IMG/VR virus record: IMGVR_UViG_2737471828_000009 | Location: 1-31,064 of that record | DNA length: 31,064 nucleotides | Reading direction: 5' to 3' (one strand) | Source: a virus | Taxonomy: Duplodnaviria > Heunggongvirae > Uroviricota > Caudoviricetes | Shown: one piece after another, positions 7,911 through 15,164 of the stretch | Position numbering within the stretch: position 1 is the first letter of the stretch | How the letters are laid out: the number at the start of each line of letters is the position of its first letter | Notes under the pieces: generated by a model | Database searches by the model: none | Told to the model about the DNA's origin: nothing | The model's input: the letters and a program-made list of their open reading frames with translations, nothing else | Position numbers and translations under genes: made by a program

Positions 7911-8852
7911 ATGAGCACTAAATTAACCGGCTATGTATGGGATGGTTGCGCTGCATCAGGCATGAAGTTATCCAGCGTGGCAATTATGGCCCGCCTGGCT
8001 GATTTCAGTAATGACGAAGGTGTGTGCTGGCCATCAATTGAAACCATTGCCCGCCAGATTGGCGCGGGGATGAGTACCGTCAGAACGGCTATCGCACGGC
8101 TGGAAGCAGAAGGCTGGTTAACGCGTAAGGCGCGTCGCCAGGGTAACCGCAATGCGTCGAATGTTTATCAGCTTAACGTTGCGAAGCTTCAGGCAGCGGC
8201 ATTTTCTCAACTGTCAGATTCTGACCCGTCAAAATCTGACGCATCAAAATCTGACCCGTCAAAATTTGATGCGTCGAAATCTGGCAAAAAAGCGGGTTTT
8301 CACCCGTCAGAATCTGGCGGGGATCCGTCAGTAAAATCAAAACATGATCCGTCAGATAAAAAACCTTCTCGTCCGGACGCTTCGCAACCGGACACGCAGA
8401 CGGCTGAACAGGATTTTTTAACTCGCCATCCTGATGCGGTTGTATTCAGCCCTAAAAAGCGCCAGTGGGGGACGCAGGATGATTTGACCTGCGCACAGTG
8501 GCTCTGGAAAAAAATCATCGCCCTGTACGAGCAGGCTGCCGAATGTGACGGCGAGGTGGTTCGTCCCAAAGAACCGAACTGGACAGCCTGGGCAAACGAA
8601 ATTCGCCTGATGTGTGTGCAGGATGGTCGTACTCACAAACAAATCTGCGAGATGTACAGCCGCGTCAGCCGCGATCCGTTCTGGTGCCGTAACGTGCTCA
8701 GCCCGTCGAAGCTGCGGGAAAAATGGGATGAGCTTTCCCTGCGCTTATCGCCGTCCGTCAGCACGTACACCGAAAAACGCGAAGACCCGTACTTCAAAGC
8801 CAGTTACGACAACGTGGACTACAGCCAGATCCCGGCAGGATTCAGGGGGTGA
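7911..8852 (+). CDS. Replication initiator (O-like, N-terminal HTH) containing origin iterons
   Basis: N-terminal HTH region (SIETIARQIGAGMSTVRTAIARLEAEGWL), low-complexity linker encoded by iteron repeats, conserved C-terminal domain; located where lambdoid phages place gene O. Confidence 0.75.
   Translation: MSTKLTGYVWDGCAASGMKLSSVAIMARLADFSNDEGVCWPSIETIARQIGAGMSTVRTAIARLEAEGWLTRKARRQGNRNASNVYQLNVAKLQAAAFSQLSDSDPSKSDASKSDPSKFDASKSGKKAGFHPSESGGDPSVKSKHDPSDKKPSRPDASQPDTQTAEQDFLTRHPDAVVFSPKKRQWGTQDDLTCAQWLWKKIIALYEQAAECDGEVVRPKEPNWTAWANEIRLMCVQDGRTHKQICEMYSRVSRDPFWCRNVLSPSKLREKWDELSLRLSPSVSTYTEKREDPYFKASYDNVDYSQIPAGFRG
8212..8365. repeat. Iteron array (putative ori) inside the initiator gene
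   Basis: About six direct repeats with 18-19-bp periodicity and core CCGTCA(A/G)AATCTG (for example GACCCGTCAAAATCTGAC twice), followed by an A-rich stretch. Confidence 0.6.
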
Positions 8853-8854
8853 TC

Positions 8855-9343
8855 ATGAGTCTATTAAATGACGTTCAGAAATTCATTGAAGCCCATCCGG
8901 GGTGTACTTCCGGAGACATTGCAGATGCTTTTGCTGGTTACTCACGGCAGCGCGTTCTGCAGTCAGCAAGCAAGTTACGTCAGAGTGGGCGTGTGGCTCA
9001 CCGTTGTGAAGGGGATACACGCAGACATTTCCCGCGCCTGACTGAGAGAGCGCAGGAGCCGGAACCACAACCAGTTCGTGAAACCAGACCTGTGCGCAAT
9101 TTCTATGTCGGCACTAACGATCCCCAGGTGATTTTGTGCCTGACCCGCCAGGCGGAAGAACTGGAGTCCAGGGGCTTATTTCGTCGTGCTGCAACCGTGT
9201 GGATGGCGGCATTCCGTGAAAGCCACTCCCAGCCAGAACGAAACAATTTTCTGGCGCGTCGTGAGCGGTGCTTACGGAAAAGCAGCAAGCGCGCTGCATC
9301 GGGTGAAGAGTGGTATCTGTCAGGGAATTACGTGGGGGCTTAA
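8855..9343 (+). CDS. Hypothetical protein with winged-helix-like N-terminus
   Basis: ATG at 8855 preceded by GGGGG; 162 aa; sits where a helicase loader (P or DnaC-like) would be expected but does not resemble either. Confidence 0.5.
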   Translation: MSLLNDVQKFIEAHPGCTSGDIADAFAGYSRQRVLQSASKLRQSGRVAHRCEGDTRRHFPRLTERAQEPEPQPVRETRPVRNFYVGTNDPQVILCLTRQAEELESRGLFRRAATVWMAAFRESHSQPERNNFLARRERCLRKSSKRAASGEEWYLSGNYVGA

Positions 9344-9996
9344 TGAGTAATAAATATTGCCAGGCGCTGGTGGAACTGCGGAACAAACCAGCCCATGAAC
9401 TGAAGGACGTGGGCGATCAGTGGCGCACGCCGGACAACATTTTCTGGGGAATTAACACCCTGTTTGGCCCGTTTGTTCTGGATCTGTTCACTGACGGTGA
9501 TAACGCCAAATGTGCTGCGTATTACACGGCGGAAGACAACGCGCTGGCGCATGACTGGTCAGAACGTCTTGCGGAGCTTAAAGGTGCTGCCTTTGGTAAT
9601 CCCCCATACAGCCGCGCCAGTCAGCATGAGGGGCAATACATCACCGGCATGCGTTACATCATGAAGCATGCCAGTGCCATGCGTGATAAGGGCGGGCGCT
9701 ATGTTTTCCTGATCAAAGCTGCCACCAGCGAAGTTTGGTGGCCGGAAGATGCAGACCATATTGCTTTTATTCGCGGGCGTATTGGTTTTGAACTGCCTGC
9801 CTGGTTTATCCCGAAGGATGAGAAGCAGGTGCCGACAGGAGCGTTCTTCGCTGGTGCTATTGCTGTTTTCGACAAGACCTGGAAGGGACCGGCAATCAGC
9901 TACATCGGGCGCGATGAACTTGAGGCATGTGGTGAGGCGTTTCTGGCGCAGGTTCGCCAGCAGGCAGAAAAACTTGTCAGGGAGATGGCGGCATGA
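9343..9996 (+). CDS. dam: Phage Dam-family DNA N6-adenine methyltransferase
   Basis: NPPY catalytic motif (FGNPPYS) and conserved WRTPDNIFW... N-terminus; start ATG overlaps the upstream stop (TAATG), preceded by GGGGG. Confidence 0.8.
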   Translation: MSNKYCQALVELRNKPAHELKDVGDQWRTPDNIFWGINTLFGPFVLDLFTDGDNAKCAAYYTAEDNALAHDWSERLAELKGAAFGNPPYSRASQHEGQYITGMRYIMKHASAMRDKGGRYVFLIKAATSEVWWPEDADHIAFIRGRIGFELPAWFIPKDEKQVPTGAFFAGAIAVFDKTWKGPAISYIGRDELEACGEAFLAQVRQQAEKLVREMAA

Positions 9997-10319
9997 CGAC
10001 GTTAACCCAATGCCAGCAGCAGGTGCTGGATATGCTGATTTCTTACCAGCAAGAGCGTGGCTTTCCGCCAACCAATCAGGAGGTGGCAACCATGCTGGGA
10101 TACCGTTCAGTGAATGCAGCGGTGGAGCATCTTCGCGCACTGGAGAAAAAAGGCGTCATCACGATAAAGCGTGGCGTGGCCCGGGGGATAACGCTTCATA
10201 CCGCGGTGAAGGACGACGACAGCGAGGCGGTCGGGATTATCCGCGCACTGCTTGCCGGTGAGGAAAACGCCAGGCTGCGTGCAGCCCACTGGTTACATGA
10301 GAGGGAACTGAAAGTATGA
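9993..10319 (+). CDS. LexA N-terminal DNA-binding-domain homolog lacking the S24 peptidase domain
   Basis: Residues 1-70 align with the E. coli LexA N-terminal domain as recalled (ours QQQVLDML...GFPPTNQEVATMLGYRSVNAAVEHLRALEKKGVITIKRGVARGI versus LexA QQEVFDLI...[44 protein letters not shown]); only 108 aa, with no Ala-Gly cleavage site or Ser/Lys catalytic domain; overlaps Dam and RusA by 4 nt each. Confidence 0.7.
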   Translation: MTTLTQCQQQVLDMLISYQQERGFPPTNQEVATMLGYRSVNAAVEHLRALEKKGVITIKRGVARGITLHTAVKDDDSEAVGIIRALLAGEENARLRAAHWLHERELKV

Positions 10320-10711
10320 AGCTGATTCTGCCTTTTCCGCCCAGCGTGAACACGTACTGGCGACACCCCAACAAAGGGGCGTTTGCAGGTAAGAGCCTGA
10401 TAAGCGCGGCGGGGCGAAAATTCCAGAGCGCGGCGTGTGCAGCAATAGTTGAGCAGTTACGTCGTCTGCCAAAACCAACGTCGGCACCTGCTTCAGTGGA
10501 GATCGTGTTGTTTCCTCCAGATAACCGGATCCGCGATCTGGACAACTATAACAAGGCGCTGTTTGACGCCCTGACCCACGCTGGTGTGTGGGAAGACGAC
10601 AGTCAGGTGAAAAGAATGCTGGTGGAGTGGGGACCGGTTATCCCGGAGGGGAAGGTCGAGATCACTATCAGTAAGTACGAAAAAGCGAGTTGCAAATTAG
10701 CAACTCGGTAA
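10316..10711 (+). CDS. rusA: RusA-family Holliday junction resolvase
   Basis: 131 aa with characteristic RusA motifs (LPFPPSVNTYWRH ... DLDNYNKALFDALTHAGVWEDDSQV). Confidence 0.85.
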   Translation: MKLILPFPPSVNTYWRHPNKGAFAGKSLISAAGRKFQSAACAAIVEQLRRLPKPTSAPASVEIVLFPPDNRIRDLDNYNKALFDALTHAGVWEDDSQVKRMLVEWGPVIPEGKVEITISKYEKASCKLATR

Positions 10712-10756
10712 CGGAATTGAGCAACACCCTAAATTTGGGTATTACCTCGTTAAAGA

Positions 10757-10776
10757 TACTGTATTTATGAACAGTG
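10757..10776. promoter_or_regulatory. LexA (SOS) box upstream of the KilA-N gene
   Basis: TACTGTATTTATGAACAGTG matches the CTGT-N8-ACAG core of the E. coli LexA box consensus TACTGTATATATATACAGTA; about 100 bp upstream of the ATG at 10874. Confidence 0.6.
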
Positions 10777-10873
10777 TATCCTTGATAACTATTAAAAATC
10801 GCAGTAAGTTCATCCTGCATCAACGAAAAGGGAGTGCAGTCCCGCTCGTGGATAAAAATTTGTGGAGAAACCA

Positions 10874-11689
10874 ATGAATCAGTTGCTTGTAATTGATGGC
10901 GTTTCTGTGCGCCAGTACTTCGAATCTAACTACTGTCTTAACGACCTTCAGAAAGCTGCTCTTCTTGCCGCTGGTGAGAATCGCTCCTCCCGTTCGCTGG
11001 AAGTTCACGAGTTTATGCGTCGTCCTGAAACGAAGGCTCTTGTGGAATTATTGGAAGAAGAAACTACGGGAGATTCCCGTAGTATTCCTGTCATCACCAT
11101 TCAGGGGCGCAATGGTGGGACGTATGTCTGTAAAGAGCTGGTCTATGCATATGCAATGTGGATCAGCCCGGCATTCAGCTTAAAAGTGATACGTACTTTT
11201 GATGCGCTTCATAATTCATCACCAGAAGAAACCACATCCGACAAAATTAAATCCGGGGTCATTCTGCTTGAATCAGCAGCAAAGACTCTAAATCTGTCAA
11301 ACTCCTCGAAACTTGGTGCATACCAGAAATTATCAAAGGTAGCTGGTCTTCCTGAACTTATGCCGATCTATGCCATTGATGCACCTGCTGATGCGCCAGA
11401 TGGTTCAAGCCGCCCTACGCTGTCGCTGAGTGTACTGCTGAAGCAGTATGGTATCCGCCTGACAGCTAATCAGGCATATCACCAGATGGTGAAGCTGGGG
11501 ATCGTCGAGCAGCGCGAACGATACAGCCGTACCGCGATTAACAACATCAAAAAATTCTGGTCGCTGACAGCGAAAGGCTGCATGTTCGGCAAGAACATCA
11601 CCAGTCCCGCAAATCCGCGCGAGACGCAGCCGCATTTCTTCGAATCCCGATTCCCTGAGCTGTTAAAGCTGCTCGATACCGTTCATTGA
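10874..11689 (+). CDS. KilA-N domain protein (putative anti-repressor)
   Basis: N-terminal KilA-N signature (GTYVCKELVYAYAMWISPAFSLKVIRTFDAL); ATG 10874 preceded by GGAGA; sits under a LexA box. Confidence 0.75.
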   Translation: MNQLLVIDGVSVRQYFESNYCLNDLQKAALLAAGENRSSRSLEVHEFMRRPETKALVELLEEETTGDSRSIPVITIQGRNGGTYVCKELVYAYAMWISPAFSLKVIRTFDALHNSSPEETTSDKIKSGVILLESAAKTLNLSNSSKLGAYQKLSKVAGLPELMPIYAIDAPADAPDGSSRPTLSLSVLLKQYGIRLTANQAYHQMVKLGIVEQRERYSRTAINNIKKFWSLTAKGCMFGKNITSPANPRETQPHFFESRFPELLKLLDTVH

Positions 11690-11690
11690 G

Positions 11691-12686
11691 GTGACCGTGA
11701 GAGCACTACTGACCCCTGAAATTGCCCCGCGTATGGGGATCGTATTGTTCAGACCCGGTTCAGAGCTGATGCCCCTGTTTATGCAGGGGCGTGTCCTGCT
11801 GGAGCCTGAGCCGGAACGTTATTCATCTTTCGCCAGTGGTGCCGTACCGGCGGCATCACAACCGCTGGCGGATGATCCTGCCGTTCGGGCCGTGTTCCGC
11901 AATGAGGCAGTGATCCGTCGTGCTGGTGGCGTGGAATGTCTTGAAAGCTGGTTACTTCGTGAAAAAGGCTGCCAGTGGCCTCATTCCGACTGGCACAGCG
12001 AGAACATGACAACAATGCGACACGCGCCGGGCGCAATCCGTCTGTGCTGGCACTGCGATAACCAGCTGCGCGATCAGTTCACGGAACGGCTGGAATCAAT
12101 GGCAACGGATAACTGTGCCCGCTGGGTGTTGTCTGTTGTGCGTCGGGATCTCGGTTTTGATGATAGTCACGTTGTGACAATGCCGGAACTGTGCTGGTGG
12201 CTGATTCGTAATGACCTGGCGGATGTCTTACCGGAAAGTGCAGCCCGTAAGGCACTGAGATTACCAAAGCCTGTTGTGCCGTCTGTCACCCGGGAAAGTG
12301 ACCTTGTGCCTTCGGCTCCTGCCACCAGCATCATCCAGGATAAGGCAAAAAAGGTGCTGGCGCTGAAAGTGGATCCGGAGTCGCCGGAGTCTTTTATGTT
12401 ACGCCCAAAACGTCGCCGCTGGGTTAATGAAAAGTACACGCGCTGGGTTAAGACACAGCCGTGTGCATGTTGTGGAAAGCCTGCTGATGATCCCCACCAC
12501 CTGATAGGCCACGGTCAGGGGGGAATGAGTACAAAAGCGCATGACCTCTTTGTGTTGCCTTTGTGCAGAAAGCATCACGACGAGCTGCATGCGGATACCG
12601 TGGCATTTGAAGAGAAGTATGGCTCCCAGCTGGAGCTGATATTTCGTTTTATCGATCGCGCGCTGGCAATTGGCGTGCTGGCCTGA
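11691..12686 (+). CDS. DUF968 (YdfU-like) protein with C-terminal HNH-like Cys/His motif
   Basis: C-terminal CACCGKPADDPHHLIGHGQGG ... CRKHHDELH motif typical of DUF968 proteins found next to Q in Qin/Rac-type prophages; start codon uncertain (GTG 11691 or 11697). Confidence 0.65.
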   Translation: MTVRALLTPEIAPRMGIVLFRPGSELMPLFMQGRVLLEPEPERYSSFASGAVPAASQPLADDPAVRAVFRNEAVIRRAGGVECLESWLLREKGCQWPHSDWHSENMTTMRHAPGAIRLCWHCDNQLRDQFTERLESMATDNCARWVLSVVRRDLGFDDSHVVTMPELCWWLIRNDLADVLPESAARKALRLPKPVVPSVTRESDLVPSAPATSIIQDKAKKVLALKVDPESPESFMLRPKRRRWVNEKYTRWVKTQPCACCGKPADDPHHLIGHGQGGMSTKAHDLFVLPLCRKHHDELHADTVAFEEKYGSQLELIFRFIDRALAIGVLA

Positions 12687-12704
12687 TTTTTTCGGAGAAA
12701 GGTG

Positions 12705-13067
12705 ATGCGTGATATTCAGATGGTTCTGGATCGTTGGGGAGCATGGGCGGCGAGTGATAGTTCAGGAGTAGATTATTCTCCTATAGCTGCTGGGTTTAAA
12801 GGGCTTCTTCCCTATACAAGCAAAACACGTCAGGCTTGTTCAGATAGTGATGCATTAATTATTGAAGGTTGTCTTGCACGTCTAAAGCAAAAAAGACCTG
12901 ATGAGCATTCGCTTCTTGTGGCCCATTACCTATACGGTATCTCTAAAAGAAAGCTCGCTAAAGCTCGCAAAAAGGATGAGAAAATAATACGCATTGAGAT
13001 ACAGATGGCTGAGGGATTTATAGAAGGTTGTCTAGCTATTCTAAATGTTAGCTTAGATATGGATTAA
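12705..13067 (+). CDS. Q: Late-gene antiterminator Q (QuuD/QuuQ-like small Q family)
   Basis: About 120-aa product in the position of Q, upstream of the lysis genes; family assignment from memory of the K-12 cryptic-prophage Q proteins; ATG 12705 preceded by GGAGA. Confidence 0.65.
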   Translation: MRDIQMVLDRWGAWAASDSSGVDYSPIAAGFKGLLPYTSKTRQACSDSDALIIEGCLARLKQKRPDEHSLLVAHYLYGISKRKLAKARKKDEKIIRIEIQMAEGFIEGCLAILNVSLDMD

Positions 13068-13082
13068 TATCTTGGTTTGGAT

Positions 13083-13106
13083 AAGCAGGTGTGCTTGCAC
13101 CTGCTT
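13083..13106. terminator. Perfect hairpin between convergent Q and membrane-protein genes
   Basis: AAGCAGGTG-tgcttg-CACCTGCTT (9-bp perfect stem) followed on the plus strand by AATATTATAT; likely limits read-through from Q into the antisense of the cargo cassette. Confidence 0.4.
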
Positions 13107-13110
13107 AATA

Positions 13111-13557
13111 TTATATGTGGGGTAATATCCAGTTTATTTTCCTCCAGGTACTTGCAAATGAAACTATTGATACGATCAGGGTCGAGAAACCATATAAGGT
13201 TAGGGCGAAATCAAGTCTTACAGAGGTAATGGTGATTTTTTCATTTATAAACATTGCTATCAGCGGGAAAATACATGCTAATATTAAGGTAACTCCCGTA
13301 GATAACAGGTTATGAATAATTTTAGGTAAAATCTTGTTTTGTTTTAAAGCAAAAATAATTCCATCAGTACTTGAACTTGCAGAACTGAAGATGGAAATAG
13401 CGGCCAATACAAAACCAAACAAAATGCCTGCCACCGTAGATAACACTCCGGCTGTACTTAAGATATCAGAGTGAGCCATAGGCGCTAGGTATTTCCCAAG
13501 CACCCAAGCTAACAGCCCACTGATAACTATGTTAATTAAAACTTTAATAAGCATAAT
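13111..13557 (-). CDS. Small integral membrane protein with four predicted TM helices (RexB-like architecture)
   Basis: About 148-150 aa; four hydrophobic segments (approximately residues 3-23, 34-59, 81-105, 117-137); AT-rich; 14-nt gap after the upstream gene; the start may be the third Met (AAGG at 6 nt spacing). Confidence 0.6.
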   Translation of the reverse strand: MMLIKVLINIVISGLLAWVLGKYLAPMAHSDILSTAGVLSTVAGILFGFVLAAISIFSSASSSTDGIIFALKQNKILPKIIHNLLSTGVTLILACIFPLIAMFINEKITITSVRLDFALTLYGFSTLIVSIVSFASTWRKINWILPHI

Positions 13558-13577
13558 CATCATCCTTAAAAATAAGA

Positions 13578-14510
13578 TCAGATTTCATATTGCTTTAAAT
13601 ACTGACCATGTTCAATTTTAGCACTGATCAAGGCAGTACGCACATCTGTTTCTTTTGCGTAGCCATCTTTTGTGTTAATGTTTTTTTCACTGATCAGAAC
13701 TTGATTGAGAAGACTCCTTGAATGAGTATTTTTAGGTTCAGTGACATTAGCTTTACGTAATAAGTGAGGAACTTTTTCTATTAATTCCTTTATTCCACTT
13801 TTTACTTCATCACTGAGATAACCACGGATTAATTTACGTTGCGATGCTCTACCTCTAAGTGATAGTTTTAAATGCGAACCGCCCATCCCAGCCATCATTT
13901 CAATCATACTTTTGGAAAATGAATTCGAAAGGTCATAATCCGTTGCGCTAAAATTACGTGGAGCGGCGAGTGTAATTTCACAGCTACGTAAAGTGCTTCC
14001 TGTTTCAAGTAGTTCTTTTACACTTTCTTTTTTCCAAATTGCCTCAAACGCTACAGGTTTGTTTTCTTCAGAAAAATTGAATAAAAGAAATGCTAAATCG
14101 GAAACTTTAGGTCCTAAATGATTTTGAGATAAAACAAGAATGTCTTTCTTATAGTAGTAAATAAAATAAGTGCGTTCGACTATATATTTTTTATCATCTA
14201 ACGGAATATTGTGCTCATCCCAATTTTCATCACCAATATAAGGTAAGTGGAAACCATCACGAGAGCATGATAGATAACCAAAATAGAACTCCGCCTGTGC
14301 GTCTTTTTCTAAGAATACAACCTTTAATTTTTTCTTATCAAACTCAGCGGTATAAGAATTTTGCGAAGGTGTAACAATGGTTGTATACATGTTGTCAAAT
14401 GCAAGTTGTGCATTTGATGTAGTTGACTTCGTTCCTGAGGAGCTTTGGAAGAAACCGATACGCATTTTTTTTTGTTTAGTTAGTGGCGCGGAAGTGGCTG
14501 TAGTAGTCAT
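13578..14510 (-). CDS. Soluble 310-aa protein, first gene of the counter-oriented two-gene cassette (candidate abortive-infection sensor, RexA-like architecture)
   Basis: ATG 14510 preceded by AAAGGG at about 8 nt; AT-rich; forms a tight operon with the downstream membrane protein; no catalytic motif recognised. Confidence 0.6.
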   Translation of the reverse strand: MTTTATSAPLTKQKKMRIGFFQSSSGTKSTTSNAQLAFDNMYTTIVTPSQNSYTAEFDKKKLKVVFLEKDAQAEFYFGYLSCSRDGFHLPYIGDENWDEHNIPLDDKKYIVERTYFIYYYKKDILVLSQNHLGPKVSDLAFLLFNFSEENKPVAFEAIWKKESVKELLETGSTLRSCEITLAAPRNFSATDYDLSNSFSKSMIEMMAGMGGSHLKLSLRGRASQRKLIRGYLSDEVKSGIKELIEKVPHLLRKANVTEPKNTHSRSLLNQVLISEKNINTKDGYAKETDVRTALISAKIEHGQYLKQYEI

Positions 14511-14810
14511 TAAAATTACCCTTTATTATCCTTTTGAATCAATGGGTTGTGATTTGTTAATGATCCTGGGTTCGTTGCATATGCATAATCTATCAAAAAA
14601 AACTTACGCGGTCCGCATTTTCTCGTTTACTGTGTTAAGAGTGGTTACTTCGCCACACAGCTTAAACCCGCCGTCGAGCGGTTTTTTTGTACCTGTAAAC
14701 CTGGTGCAGTACAGTAAACACGCTGGTGGTCGTGAATACTGACTTTTTATCTTGCTGGCTTTTTAGACAAGAGTTATTGGTATGTCATGTTAACCAGAAG
14801 GGAAAAAGAC

Positions 14811-15014
14811 ATGCTAAAACAGCAAGATATGACAGAAACCGCCGCCGCAGTCCTTCATTTCTTACCTGCTGACAAGTGGGTAACGCCACGCATGATGACG
14901 AGAACTACCGGAGTAAGCGAAGCCCGGTGCCAGTTAATACTGACTCAGTTAGTTCTGGCGGGTCTGGCGAAGGATAACGGCGGGTACGGGAATAAATTCA
15001 GACGCTGCCAGTAA
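14811..15014 (+). CDS. Small HTH/winged-helix-like protein upstream of the methyltransferase
   Basis: 67 aa from the ATG at 14811 (preceded by AAGGGA); HTH-like segment TRTTGVSEARCQLILTQLVLAG. Confidence 0.45.
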   Translation: MLKQQDMTETAAAVLHFLPADKWVTPRMMTRTTGVSEARCQLILTQLVLAGLAKDNGGYGNKFRRCQ

Positions 15015-15164
15015 TGGCGGTTTCCTGCTGTGAAAATGGGCGGCTGGTGGGTGTTGGTAGCACCTGCCAGCCATTCGCTCATGCTTACTGGTCACAAGCG
15101 AACCACGGCCCACTGCTTTAGCGCAAAAGCAGAGTGAGCCTACCAGAGTTACGCTTACTGATCC

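Noticed and set aside
13111-14510. Assignment of the two-gene cassette to Kiwa or CBASS
   Set aside because: Kiwa has the membrane gene first (kwaA then kwaB), opposite to the order here; no GS...DxD nucleotidyltransferase motif for a CBASS cyclase. Neither can be excluded without a profile search, so the call is left as RexAB-like architecture of unknown family.
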